64,000 bases of DNA. It comes from the human T2T-CHM13v2.0 reference genome, Homo sapiens. Position numbers and translations under genes: made by a program. Under the pieces are notes generated by a model, which was not told the DNA's origin, did no database searches, and saw nothing but the letters and a program-made list of their open reading frames with translations. How positions within the stretch are numbered: the first letter of the stretch is position 1; each line of letters opens with the position of its first letter. This document shows, one piece after another, positions 26,971 through 41,009 of the stretch. The stretch lies in the NCBI RefSeq assembly GCF_009914755.1, contig NC_060929.1; one strand, written 5' to 3'.

Positions 26971-27830
26971 GAATGGTTTCAGTGAAAAAGACTGACCATA
27001 ACAAGTATTGGTGAGAATGTAGAGGAAATGGCACTCTCATGGTGGGTGCAGTTAAACACATGCTTACAATATGATCCAGCCGTTCCACTCTTAGGAAATT
27101 CCCAAGAGAAAAGGAAATATATATCCATGTAAAAACTTGTACCCAAATGTTCAGAGCAGCTTTGTTTGTAAAAGCCAAAAACTGGAAAAAATTCAAATGG
27201 CTAACAACAAATCATGATATAGCCATTCAATTGAATATTATTTAGCAATAAACAGGAATGAAATATTTATGCAAACAACAACATAATCTCAAAATAATTA
27301 TGCTGAGTGAAAGAAGCCAGACAAAAAAGTACATATTCTATGATTCTAGCTAAAACACTAAGAAATGCAAACTAAATTATAGTAACACAAATCAGAACAG
27401 TGCTTTCTTATGGGAGGGTGGCATCCATGGGGGAGTGATGACAGTCAAGAGGACACCGTTGGGACAAAGGCTATGTTCACTATCTCAATTGTGGTAATGG
27501 TTTCGTGGATGTATACATCTGTGAAAGTTTATAAAACTGTACATTCTAAATAGATGCAGTTTACTGTCAATCAGCCATACTCCAATAAAAGCCGAGCAAC
27601 AAATTAAAGCACAGAGGAACATGTTAAATGATACCACAAGAATGCAATCTACAAAATCCACACTGTGAGAGACTCTACAGACAAATGACCCAGTGTCTTC
27701 AACAAGTAAATTACAAGAAAAAAGAAAGAGAACCATGGAGAACTTTATGTTAAATAGACTTAAGAGATCTATCAACTAATGGCAATGATCCTGACTTGAA
27801 TCTAATTCAGACATCCAATTAGAAACTTGA

Positions 27831-28122
27831 CGCCAGGCACGTGGCTCACGCCTGTAATCCCAGCACTTTGGGAGGCTGAGGCGGACAGATCACTTGAGGC
27901 CAGGAGTTCAAGACCAGCCTGGCCAACATGGCAAAACCCTTTCTCTACTAAAAATACAAAAAAATAAGCCGGGCATGGTGGCATATACTTGTAGTCCCAG
28001 ATATTCAGGAGGCTGAGGATCGCTTGAACCCAGGAGGCAGGAGTTGCAGTGAGCCAAGATTGTGCAACTGTACTCCAGCCTGGGCAATGCAGCAAGACTC
28101 TGTCTCAAAAACAAAAACAAAA
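27831..28122 (+). mobile_element. AluS/J
   Basis: Full dimer; TSD-like aaa(c)cttga. Confidence 0.88.
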
Positions 28123-28210
28123 AAACCTTGAACATTGGGTATTTTATGATATTAAGAAGGTATTTTTAATGTTTTAGGCATGACAATATTGTGGTTACTA
28201 GCTTTTAATC

Positions 28211-28511
28211 TTTTTTTTTTTTTTTTGAGATGGGGTCTCACTCTGTCACCCAGACTGGAGTACAGTGTGATCACTGCTCACTGCAGCTTTGACTTCCTAG
28301 ACTCAGGCAATCCTCCCACCTCAGCCCCCTCCCAGTAGCTGGGACTACAGGTGCACGCCACCACGCCTAGGTAAATATTTGTATTTTTTGTAGTAGAGAT
28401 GGGGTTTTGCCATGTTGCCCAGGCTAATCTCAAACTCCTGGAATCAAATGATCCACCCACCTGGGCCTACCAGAGTGCTAGGATTACAGGTGTGAGCCAC
28501 CAAGCCTGGCC
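28211..28511 (-). mobile_element. AluJ
   Basis: Antisense dimer with J-type diagnostics. Confidence 0.85.
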
Positions 28512-28621
28512 TTAAAAGAATCTTATTTAGAGATTTGCCTAAGATTTATTCACTCCCTCCACAAGAACTAATTTTTGCCCCCTTTGACACCCTCAACCCT
28601 GGTTGAGAACAAGTGCCTTAT

Positions 28622-28840
28622 ATTACATTGGTGCAAAAGTAGTTGTGGTTTTTGCCATTGACAGTAATGGCAAAACTCAGCCTCCCAAAGTGCTGGGATT
28701 ACAGGTATGAGCCACTATGCCCGGCGGGCGTCAAGTTTCTAATTGGATGTCTGAATTAGATTCAAATCAGGATCATTACCATTAGTTGATAGATTGAAAG
28801 TAATGGCAAAAACCACAACTGCTTTTGCACCAACCTGATA
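28622..28840. mobile_element. MADE1 MITE split by a 119-bp inverted local insertion
   Basis: Left arm ttggtgcaaaagtagttgtggtttttgcc and right arm ggcaaaaaccacaactgcttttgcaccaacc. The insert at 28676-28794 is the reverse complement of 27767-27880. Confidence 0.88.
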
Positions 28841-29171
28841 TTATTCTACTTTTGTATATGTCTCTAAGTTTTCATTAAAATTTAAAAAATATATTTTTTA
28901 AGAAAAAACAAGAGTGTAATCACTCATATAACAAATCACTGGTGAGGGAAAATCCCATTGACCTGGCTTTTCAGCTGACTGGAACCAGAATTCAAATAGC
29001 ATCAAGACTAACTTGTCAGCTGAGAGGCTTGTGGTCGTATTTTAGACCATAGAGGGGATTTATGACTTCCGTATCAGGAGGAGCCAGAGATAGGATGGGC
29101 TTCAGGGAAGAAGTGGTCAACTAGCTAGACCCAGAATCTCTGCTTGTCTCTCTTCCTTAAGAATCATTCTC

Positions 29172-29797
29172 GGCTGGGTGCAGTGGCTCATGCCTGTAAT
29201 CCCAGCACTTTGGGAGGCCAAAGCAGGCGGATCACCGGAGGTCAGGAATTCGAGACCAGCCTGGCCAATAGGGTGAAACTCTATCTCTACTAAAAATACA
29301 AAAATTAACCGGGCATGGTGGTGCGTGCCTGTAGTCCCAGCTACTCAGGAGGCTGAGGCAGAAGAATCACTTGAACCCCAAAGGCAGAGGCTGCAGTCAG
29401 TTGAGATTGCACCACTGCACTCCTGCCTGGGCGACAGAGCGAGACTCCGTCTCAAAAAAAAAAAAAAAAAAATCAATCTCAGGCCAGGCGAAGGTGGCTC
29501 ACGCCTGTAATCACTTTGGGAGGCCAAGGCGAGTGGATCATGTGAGGTCAGGAGTTCGAGACCAGCCTGCCCAACATGGCAAAACCCCATCTCCACTAAA
29601 AATACAAAAATTAGCCAGGAGTGGTGGCAGGAGCCTGTAATCCCAGCTACTCGGGAGGCTGAGGCAGGAGAATAGCTTGAACCCAGGTGGCAGAGGTTGC
29701 AGTGAGCCAAGATCTCACCATTGCCCTACAGCCTGGGTGACAGAGTGAAACTCCATCTCAAAAAATACATACATACATACATTTAAAAAAAAAAAAA
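29172..29797 (+). mobile_element. Two tandem AluS elements (29172-29471, 29482-29797)
   Basis: Two full dimers, each with an A-rich tail. Confidence 0.9.
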
Positions 29798-32700
29798 GGA
29801 TCAAACTTATTCCAAGACTGGCTTGCCTGCTGGTCCCAAAATGGAAGCTCACAGGGTAGTTGCATGCTTCCTGGTTGGTTCTCATCCAACAGGAAAGAGA
29901 CACTGCACTTCAGCATTCAGTACAAGTCTTTAATTCACTCTGATTGGACTAGCCTTGATAACTGCCCATCTTGGGCAGTTTCTGCAGTGGGGAAATGGAA
30001 TGTGCTGAGTGCCCAGCCCAGGCCAAGTGGTCCACTCTGGGGTCACAGGGACAGGGAGAGTCAATGTTTCTAGGACTACATAGCTCTCTAAACAGAAATC
30101 AGGGCTTTTGGAAGGGAGAAAGAGAAACTGCCCATCTTTTCTTTACTTTATTGGCATATGTTTAATTTGTTCCAGTCAGTGTCTCCACAAGGTTAAGAAT
30201 GTGTTTGCCAGATGATCTGGGAAGACCTACCATTACCTTTTGCTAGAGGGGTAAGTAAGGTTATGAGCTCCAATTTTAAATAAAAAATCTCAGAAAAGGA
30301 TGTGATTGGCCTGGTTTGAGTCATGTGCTCATGCCTGGACCAATTACTATTGCTGTGGAGGTGGAATGCTATGATTGGCACAGCTAGGGTCAAATGCCCG
30401 CCCCCAGGCAGGGAGGCAGTGCTGGGGATGCAGCTCCTGTTTCCCTGAAGACAGAGGGTTGCTCTTAGGTGGACAAAACATTTGGAGTTCTCTCAATGGT
30501 TATCAAACAGGGTTATTACAAAAATGTACAATTAAGTTTTCTTTTCTCTTGGGCATCCATTGTGTCTTTAATCCTTGTTTTCTTTCCCAAGTCCCCATCC
30601 CACCCCACCTTCCAGCTCCGAATTTGCCAAGTGGAAGAGCAGGCCCTGGGAAGAAACAAAACAATAAAAACTACTGGATGATTTCTACTGAAGAAGGCTC
30701 TGACTCCCCCATGAACATCTTTCTCATCTCAAATAAATAAAATGCAGCGGGGGCTTGAACTAGCCACCATATCCCTGAGACACAGACTCCTCGCCTGTAA
30801 ATGGAATTAGTAACAGAACCTACCTCACAGGGTAAATGTGATATGAAGTGGGTTGATGCACGTGAAATGCATTCCAAGCATACGGTAGATACTTAATAAA
30901 TGGTAGCTATTATGTTCCAATCTATTCTACACTTTAAATAACCCAGTCAGAAGGAAATTTGACTAAAAACAAATTACCCAAGTACATTTCAAAATCTCCT
31001 CCATAGCCAAGAAAAGACCACATCACCTTCTTCCCAGGAAACCACCTGTGCCTTGGGTATCACCCACTATTGTCCCCACCTGCAACTCTGCACACCAGAC
31101 TGACTCCCTTCCACCCTGTTTCTCGGAGATCTGAGGATCTGCACATTAACCTCCCACCACCTCCCTCCCCACCCACCAGTCATCTGTGCTGCCCACCCTG
31201 GCAAGCTGTCTCCCTAACACCTCACCTACTCACGGCTTCATTATTTTATTTCCCACCTTTCTCACTCAGAGAAAGGGGGAGGAGCAGAGATAATCCTACA
31301 AGCCAGAAGACAGTGGGAGCCGGCTGGACCTAGCTCCTGTCCCCTGGGGCCACGCCATCCACCCACAGCTCCTGCAAGCCTACCCACTGGCCTTCTGGTA
31401 CTCCCTTCTCCCTCCCCTCACCTCCCTGACCACCCCAACCTGAGCAACCAGTACTTTTTATCCATTGCCTCTTCCCTAATCCCTCTTCTCCACTTTCCAT
31501 GAAAGCCCACAAAGCCAGGCCAAGTTCCAGACCTCCAGGTCTACAGCTCTGGCAAAAAGCCCAATTCTCCTGTCTGGATGGATGCATGAGGTAGAAGGCA
31601 CACTCCTTTATCTGAAGGGGTTGGGTGTGGGAAGGGGGCATTAGGAAAACAACTCATGGAGATCTCTGACTCTCCACAAACTCCTGGGCTCATTAGCCCC
31701 GTAGGCCTTGATATATTACTCTCTGAGCCCACCTTTATTGACCTCTCCCAAAAAAAAATATAGTGATGCCAACCCTTCATGTGGTTCTGTCTCCCCTGTG
31801 GGAACTACAAGTATAATGGGGACATGGGTTCAATCCTGGCTCTGCCGTTATAGACTGTGTGACCTTGAACAAGTCTCTTCACCTCTCTGAGGTTCTGTCC
31901 CCTTATCTGTAAAATGGGAATGACATGACACCCACCTCGCAGGCTTACTTTGAAAAGCAGAGCAATCACAGGACAATGGGAACACACTTTGTCAAGCTGT
32001 CGGTTGTTGTTACAGAGGAAAGTTCCTTCTAATGTGGGTTTTGAAGGAAAAATAATATATTAAAAAGGTAACACTTCTACTTCTAGCAAGATGGTGTCAC
32101 AGGGTATGGATTTACTCTTACCTGACACAACCAAAAAGCCAGAAAAAAAAATACACGAGACAACAGTTTTCAGGCCAGTGGTCATCAGGCAACAAATGAC
32201 AATAATCCCTGTGAGACAGAAAACAAACAAAGTGAGCCTACAGCTGCACTGCCTCGCTGCCTGGAGTGTCCAGGCTGTAGGGCAGGGAGGGAGAGAAGCA
32301 AGGCAGAGGTCTGCAAAATTTGAGTTGGGAGACAGAAGTCTGTAGATACTTAGGTGTCTGCAGTGTGCAGGGCAGATTCTAAAGAGTATACAGCTACACA
32401 GAGAACTCTGGAGCTACCTGATGAGTCCCCCAGAGTATGTAGCAAAGCACTGAGCAGTACATGCACTATCCAAGGCCAGGGGAAAAAAACATTCAAGGGC
32501 ATCTGAGGGAACAGCTTCAGGTTCTGAGGGCCAGGAATAGCGCCCGTTCCTACCAGCCAGATTGTAAAGCCCCAAGCTCCACAGGGCATTCAGTAGAGTA
32601 CTCAGAGGCTTGCCTTCATAGTGAGGGATAACCAGCCCAACACCACATACAGCTATGGTCTTGTACAACTCATCTTCAAAGCAAGACAAAAAAATAAACT

Positions 32701-33612
32701 GTTTTCAAATGATTTAACTGCTTTTTAAAACAAAGCTCAGGAACATTTTTAGGAATACTAAAATAGCTAGCAACACAAGGTAAAATTCACAATGCATGAC
32801 ATCCAATAAGAGACTAATAGGCATAAAAAAGAGCAGGAAAACATAACCCATAATAAGGCAAAAAATCAATCATAACCAATCTAGAACTAACATGAATATC
32901 AGAACGAGCAAAGAAGGACATTATGTTACTATATTTTAGCATATTGTATTATATTATAATATTTTGAAAATATTCCATATTTTTAAAAAGTTAACCAGAC
33001 ACATGGAAGGTATATTTTTATAGACCGAAATTGAATTTTTAGAGATGAAAACTGCAATGTTTGAAATGGAAAATATACTATATGGGATTAACAGCAGATT
33101 AGTCATTGCAGGAGAAAATATTAGTGAACTTAAAGACACAGCAATAGAAACTATCCAAAATAAATCACACAAAGGAAAAATGGCTTAAAAAATGAAAGGA
33201 ATGCCAGTAAACCATGGAACAACTTCAAACAACCTAATATACATGCAACTGAAGTTCCTGAAGAAAAGAATACACAGAAAAATATTTGAAGAAATAACAT
33301 CCTAAATTTTCTAGATTTGATGAAAACCACAAACCCACAGATCCAAGAAGCTCAATAAACTCCAAGAACAAGAAACATCAATAAAACTACACCAAGACAC
33401 ATCATAATAAAATTGTTCAAAATCAGTAATAAAGAAAATCTTAAAATAGAGGGGAAAATGTCACATATAGAGGGATAAAGATGAAGATAACACAAATTTT
33501 TCATCAGAAACAATGCAAGCAAGAAGACAAACAATGTAGCAATATATTTAAAGTATTAAAAAAGACAACCGTAAACCTGGAGATATACCTTGTTATTGGT
33601 TAAGAATTATCA

Positions 33613-35890
33613 CAAGATAGAGAACCCAGAAATAAATCCACGTATTTACAGCCAACTGATTTTTGACAAAGATGCCAAGAAAATACACTGAGGAAAGGAC
33701 ACCCTATTCAATAACTGGTGCTGGGAAAATTAGATATCCATATGCAGAAGAATGAAACTGGACCCCATCTCTCACCATATACAAAAATCAGCTCAAGATG
33801 GATTAAAGATTTAAACATAAGACCTAAAACTATAAAACTACTAGAAGAAAACATACAGGGGAAACACTTCAGGATACTGGTCTAGACAGAGATTTTTGTG
33901 GCTAAGACCTCAAAAGCACAGGCAACAAAAATAAAAATAGACAAGTGGGACTATATTAAACTAAAAAGCTTCTGCACAGAAAACAACCGACAAAGTGAAA
34001 AGACAACCCACAGAATGGGATTAAAATATATGCAAACTGTCCATCTGACAAGAGATGAATATCCAGAATGTACAAGGAACTCAAACAACTCAACAGTAAA
34101 AAAATAAAAAGTCCCATTAACAAGTGGACAAAGGACATGAACAGACATTTACAAATGGTCAACAGGTATATTAAAGAACACTCAGCATCACTAATCATTA
34201 GGGAAATGCAAATCAAAATCACAATGAGATATTCTCCTAGCCCAGTCAGAATGGCTATTACTAAATGACAAAAAGTAACAGATGACAGTGAGGATGTAGA
34301 GAAAAGGGAACTTTTATACAGTTGGTGGGTACACAAAATAGAGCAGCCACTATGGAAAAGTGTATGGGGATTTCTCAAAAAACTAAAAACAGAAATGCCA
34401 TACAGTCTAGCAATCTCACTACTGGGTATTTATCCAAAGGAAAAGAAATCAGTTTATCAAAAGGATACCTGAACTCCACGCTTAGTGAAGCACTATTTAC
34501 AATAGCAAAGATATAGAATCAACCTAAGTATCCATCAGTGGACAAATGAATAAAGAAAATGTGGTATATATGCACAGTGGAATACTATTTGGTCAAAAAA
34601 ATGAAATCATATCATTTGCAGCAACATGGATAGAACTGCAGGTCATTATGTTAAGTAAAATAAGCCAGGCACAGAAAGACAAATATCCCATATTCTCATT
34701 CAAATGTAAGAGCTAAAAAAGTTAATCTCGTGGAGGTAGAGAACAGAATGATAGACACTAGAGACTTGGATGGGTAAGTGTGGTGCAGGGGGATAAAGAG
34801 AGGTTGGTTAATGGTTACAAACATATAGTTTTATAGAAGGAAGAAGTTCTAATGTTTTATAGCAGAGTAGGGTGACTACAGTTACCAATGTGTTTTATAT
34901 TTCAAAATAGCTTGAAGAGAGGACTTGAAATGTTCCCAAGATATAGATATGATAAATACTTGAGGGGATGGATACCCCAAACACCCTCGTTTGATCATTA
35001 AACAGTCTATGCATATAACAAAATGAAACAGGAAATTTTCCCTAAACCCTCTGCAGGCCTCATGACAAGGGTGCTCACTTAGCCTGCAGCTCTCAACCCC
35101 TCATGGGAGGGGCAGCACGCAGGTGATGAGGTACAGGAGCCGAGCCAAGGTGAGTGCTTCTGGGTGCCAGCAGGAGCAAAACACCGTGCAGGCCCAAGGC
35201 AGCATCAAGTGGGGAGTACTCGTGATCCCTGAAGCTCCAGAGGGCGTGTGTTACAGTGTGCTCTTTTAGCTTTGCCATCCACAGACAGCTTAAGTGTTAA
35301 ACAGCTCAGTGGGCCCTCTGCCTTTTCACGTGAGGTGGTTGCTCTCCACCAGTGAGGGCAGAGGGTCAGTGTGACAGCCTTTAGTGTTCACACCCGTAGC
35401 TCCTGAGCTGTTATTCAGCATCCAGGAATAATCAGGTTGCACGAACAAATTGAAGGGTGGTGAATATGGAGGATTTTATTGCCAATGGAAGTGGCTCTCA
35501 GTGGGAAGGAGAGCTAGAAAGGGGATGGAGCAGGAAGGTGTTTTTCTCCAAAGTCCCACCATCAAGCCATTCCTCTGAAGTCAAACTGCTTCTCTCTGAT
35601 GTTCAGCTGCTTCTTCTCTTCTCCCTTTCTCTGCCCTCTGCCAGTGAAGCCTGGGGTTTTTATGAATAGGGGATGGGGGTGCAGGGTGGGCCAGGGGTGG
35701 TTTTGGAAAAGGCAACATTCAAGCAGGAAAACGGGGATGTAAAGTTCTCACTTTGGGTCAGGCTTGAGGGTGGGGCCCTTGCCAGGGACCCTGCCCTTTT
35801 CTGCCTGGAATTTCTCTGCCTCCTGGCCCTATCAAAAATATCACATGAACCCCATAAATATGTACAAATACTATAAATCAATTTTTAAAA
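33613..35890 (+). mobile_element. L1MA/L1PB-type 3' portion nested in the old L1, itself interrupted by an LTR
   Basis: ORF 33898..34107 [22 protein letters not shown] is ORF2p-like. The 3'UTR is split at 35023/35835. Confidence 0.8.
35024..35834 (-). mobile_element. ERV1 solo LTR (LTR1/LTR27-like)
   Basis: TG...CA termini and 4-bp aaaa TSD. The minus strand begins tgatagggccaggaggcagagaaattcc...ggccccaccctcaagcc and carries an AATAAA at ~35475. Confidence 0.7.
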
Positions 35891-36025
35891 GAAGAGTCAA
35901 TATTATTAACATATCAATTCTCCCCAAATTGTTGCATATATTCAACATAACCCCAGTTAAAGTATCAGGAAGCTGTTCTTACAAATTGACAAGCTAATTA
36001 TAAAGGTCATAGGGAGATGCAAAGA

Positions 36026-36033
36026 AGCTAGAA

Positions 36034-36076
<43 letters not shown>

Positions 36077-36085
36077 ACACACACA
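36026..36085. repeat. (CA)n microsatellite
   Basis: Long CA run inside the L1. Other simple repeats: 749-763, 14994-15054, 15539-15567, 20522-20592 (GGAA/GGAG), 26860-26876, 54075-54120. Confidence 0.95.
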
Positions 36086-37267
36086 CCCCTCTGAAAAAAC
36101 AAAGTTGAAGGGTTAGGACTACCAGATTTCAAGAATCATAAAGTTACATTAATCAAGGCAGCATGGTATCGGCATCAAAATAGCCACACAGATCAGTGAA
36201 ACAGAAGGAAGCGTCAACAAATAAACCCATACATATTTGAATTTTTGACAAAACTGCAAAGGAAATGCAGTAGACAAAAGGCAGCCTTCTTAACAAATGG
36301 TGTTAGGACAACCGGATATCCATATGCACAAAGACAAACTTGGATACATACTTGTAATCATCTATAAAAAATTAACTAAAAAATGGATCATAGACCTAAA
36401 TGTAAAGCCTAAAACTATAAAATTTCTAGAAGAAAACACAGAAAAAAATATTTGGCCTTGAATATCATATCAAAGATTTTTTTATATCTGACACCAAAAG
36501 CATGATCCATAAAAGAACAAAGTTCTTGTACATGAGTTCCTTATGTATTCTGGATCTCAATAAATAAATTGGACTTCATCAAAATTACATACTTCTGCAC
36601 TTTGAAAGACACTTTAAAAAATAAAATGACAAGCCACAGACAGGGAGAAAATATTCGTGAAGAATATATCTGATTAAACATTTATATTCAGAATAAACAA
36701 AGAACTTTCAAAACTCAACAATAAGAAAACAAGCAAGCTAATTTGAAAAAACGGTCAAAATATTTTAATAGGCATTTCACCAAAGAAGACATACAGATGG
36801 CAAATAAGCACATGAAGAAATGCTCTACAATGTAAGTCATTAGAAAAATGCAAATTAAAACCACAGTGAGATACCATTACATGCCCATTAGGATGGCTTC
36901 AATAAAAAGACTGGCTATAACAAGTGTTGGCGAAGGTGTGGGGGAAATGGCACTCTCGTGGTGGTAAAGTTAAACATACACTTACCATATGATGCAGCCA
37001 TCACACTCCTAGGAGTCTGCCCAGGAGAAGAGGAAATATATATCCGTACAAAGACTTGTACACAAATGTTCACAGAAGCTGTTTGTAACCGCCCCATATT
37101 GGAAACAAATGGCCACCAACAGCTAAATGGATAAACAAATTGTGATATATCCATTCAATGGAATACTCTGCGGAAATAAAAATGAACTATTTTTGCAAAA
37201 AACAAAATGGATGAATCTCAAAATAATTATGCTGACTAAATGGAGCAAGACAGAAGAGTACATGCTG

Positions 37268-38070
37268 AGTCAGAGAAATTAGGCAAGAAAAAGAAGTAAA
37301 AGGCATCCAAATCTGAAAGGAAGATGTCAAATTACCCTTGTTTGCAAAGGACATGATCTTATACCTAGAAAAAAATTTAAAGATTCCACCAAAAATACAC
37401 TATGGAGTATTATTCAGCCATAAAAAAGAATGAAATCCTATCATTTGCAGCAACATAAATGAAATTAGAGGTCATTATGTTAAGTGAAATAAGCCAAGCA
37501 TAAACAGATAAATATTGCATGTTCTCACTCATATGCAGGAGCTAAAAAGGTGGATCTCATGAAGATAGAGAGTAGACTGGTTGTTACCAGAGGCTGGGAA
37601 GGGGAAGGAAGAGAGGTGATGATGGGAGAAAATATACATATAAATGTATTTATTTTATTTTTATAATTTAAAAAAAATTTTTTTGAGATGGAGCCTCGGT
37701 CTGTTACCCAGGCTGGAGTGCGGTAGCGCAATCTTGCCTCACTGCAACCTCCACTTCCTGGGTTCAAGCGATTCTCCTGCCTCAGCCTCTTGAGTAGCTG
37801 GGACTACAGGCATGCTCCACCATGCCGCCTGGCTAATTTTTGTATTTTTAATAGAGACAGGGTTTCACCGTGTTGGCCAGGCTGGTCTCGAACTCCTGAT
37901 CTCAGGTGGTCTGCCCCCCTCGGCCTCCCAAAGTGCTGGGATTACAGGCATGAGCCATCGTGCCCGACCTTATAAATCTATTTATTACCACTGAACTAGA
38001 CACTTTAAAATGGTAAAGATGGTAAATTAAATATATAATTTACCTCAATTTTTTAAGTAATAATTTTAAA
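37268..38070 (+). mobile_element. L1MA-type insertion with an internal deletion, containing an antisense AluS (37679-37968)
   Basis: Perfect 14-bp TSD aagagtacatgctg at 37254-37267 and 38071-38084. Confidence 0.8.
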
Positions 38071-41009
38071 AAGAGTACATGCTGTATGATTCCATTTATA
38101 CGAAACTCTAGACAAACTAACCACAGTAACGCAAAGCAGATCAGCAGTTGTCTATTGCAGGGAGAGGTGCAGGCACAGAGAGGAATGACAAGGAGATATG
38201 AGGAACTGTCTGTAAGTGACAGGTGTATTCACTACCCTGACTGCAGTGATGGGTTTCATGAGAGAATATGTATGTCAAAACTTATCAAACTATCGTATGC
38301 TTATCACACACTTTCAACATGTGTAATTTATTGCATGTCAATATGTAAATCAAAAAAGGCATTTAAAAACATAACACAGGAGTAAAGCAGGCACTGCTCC
38401 ACCCAGTACAATCTACTTCTGGTTTGAAATTATCTTACACTTACAGAAGTGTTGCAAAGACAACACACATTATTTCCAAACACCCTTCCCTCAGATCCCC
38501 CTAATGCCAACAGTGTACATAACCACAGTACAATTAGCAAAATTCACACACTCCTCGCTCTCCTCCCTCTCTGGGACAGCCTGCTGCAGTCCAGAAGGTC
38601 CATGCCTTTAATAAGAAGGTCCATGCCAGGCCTCCACTCCGGCTTTGCCTCTGCTGCTCTGCGCGCAGTCAGCACTCTCCACACTCCAGATGTCTCACTG
38701 GCTCCCCCCAGCCCCATCTCTCACAAGCTCCAGATCCTATAATTAACTGCATCCTCAACGTCTCCCCAGCTATCCCACAGACACCTCGAATGCAGCTCGT
38801 CTAAAACTGAATGCATTACTGTTGCAGCATCCCCCACAACCCTTTCTCCTGTGGTCTTTAGCTAAGCAAATGGCATTGTCATCTATACCCCCTCCCTCCA
38901 CCCCTCCGGCCCCAGTCAGACATCTCTGACATCACCATTCAAGTTCTACTTTCTCCACATGTCGCTCAAACCCCACCCTGCAGGCCCCATCTCTGCTATG
39001 GACACCTTGATTCAGGCAGGATGTCAACTGTCCTAAGGCTGTCAGAACAGGCTCTAAACACTCCTCACACTTGAGTCCCTCTGCCTCTAATCCTACTGCC
39101 TGGAGTGGTCTCTCTGAAATGCTCACCTATGTCACTTCCTGCTGAAAATCTTACAGTGCCTCCCAAACGCGCATAGGGTGGCATTCTGGCTCTGGGATTC
39201 AAGGTCCTCTCCAAATAGGCTTTGACAACCCCTCTTGACTATAACTGGCCAGTTTGCTCCTTGAAGGAGTCATCAAATGACACGAAACTCCTCTTCCTCC
39301 TACACCCACCGGACAGCCTCACGCCCCTGCTCCTGTTGTTCCCTCAGCCTAGGTTCTTCCCCATCTTCCCCACTGGGAAACTCCTATCCAGATGCAGCAC
39401 TATTTCAACCCTTAGAATGAAGCCTTCACAGAAATACGAGGCAGAATTGCAAGTCCTTTCTTGTGTACGAGAGCCTTTTATACATCCTTTGAGGCAGGTT
39501 TCTGTGTCTGTCTGCACTGGATGTAAAAGCCTAAACAGCAAAGATTGTTTCTTACTTATCTCCATCCCAGCACAGCCTAGGACTTGGGCCTTATAGACAC
39601 ACTGATGGCTGGATGAATGGATAAAGAGATAAACAGATGTACTCATGGATGGATGGAGAGAGGAGACAAATGGAAAAATGAGTAGATAAAGGACGAATGG
39701 GGGGATGGATGGGTAATGAGATGAACAGATAAGACAAACACCAGATCAGTGATTGCATGGACAGAAACATGAACGTACAAAGGGATGGATGAATGAATGG
39801 AAAGTTCCTAGGCATTTCAAGGGCAGAGATTATTTCTTATTCAACTCTGTTTTTATAGGGCCTAGAAGAGGGCCTGGAATATACTAGTAGATGTTCAATA
39901 TGTGCTACTGGAGGGAAGCGCCAGGTTTTTGTGGGAAAAGTTTTGGACTAACAGTTGGAAGACCTGATTTCCAGCTCTATCTGTATCCTCAATAGTTCAT
40001 ATAAACATGAGCGACCTAACCTCCAATTTTCCATTTACTCTTCTGTAAAGTGGGTAGGTTGAATTAAACGACTTTTAGGTATTTTCCAAATACACTGGCT
40101 CCCTGATTTGAAGCTGCCCAAATCTAAGATAAGGCTACAGAATGGGACGAGGGCCACATTTGAGCAAATGTGTGTTTACTTACAACTTGTCCTAATGCAG
40201 AGCTGATCCCAGATCTCTGCCAGCAATGGGGGAGAAGAGCAAACACACTCCAAATGAGATTCTGTTCCAACTGTCTGGCTGACAGCCTTGTGGTGGGAAT
40301 GAGAGACAGGCTGATAAAAGAGCCTGGGGGGTAATTAATAGTGAAACATGAACCTCCGTGAGGCTGTACCCACCCCTCGCTGAATGGAAGGAGGGAAGGG
40401 CCGGGCTGCACAAAGCCTTCCCAGGGCCCTTGGCTGCTGGCCAAATGTACCCTTTATCCAGAAAGATGGGCTTTTGTTCACAGAGTATGGGGTCTGTCCC
40501 GTTAGATTCACACCTGGACTCCTGGCATGCTGTGGAGTAGCAATTGTACTATGAACACAGCTATCACCACTCCCAGAACAAAGTGTGCCAGGCTGTCTAC
40601 ATGTCCCCTTGACACTTCCAACAACCCTGGGAGGCAGGAAAGGTGATTATCATGAAGGAACATGTAGCTTGTAAGTGGGAGGTTCAGGCTTTGAACCCAG
40701 GACAGCCTGACTCTTTGTGCTACGACCGGCTGCTTTCTGCAGACAGCTGCCCTGGAACTGGTCGGATAACATGCCAGAGACATCATAGTTCATGCCACCC
40801 CAAACTGCAGTGCCGCCTGCCTGAGCCTGCCTGGACTCTTTGCAAGGTGCTTTCACGTTGATTCAAGTTGGCAGTGTGGGCCATCACTCCTATTGTGCAG
40901 ATGGGACACTGAGACTCAGGCTGACAGGTGAAGTGACCCAGCCACAGTCACACAACTTGTAAATGGTGGAGCTGGGATTCCATCCCTGGGAACTGGAGTC
41001 CCAAGCCAG

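Larger units (their letters stand above)
32071..38370 (+). mobile_element. Second long, old L1 (L1MD-like) with a large internal deletion and nested elements
   Basis: 5' end cttctagcaagatgg is homologous to 15670; ORF2 remnant at 35890-37250; L1MD-type 3' end at 38071-38370. Confidence 0.72.
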
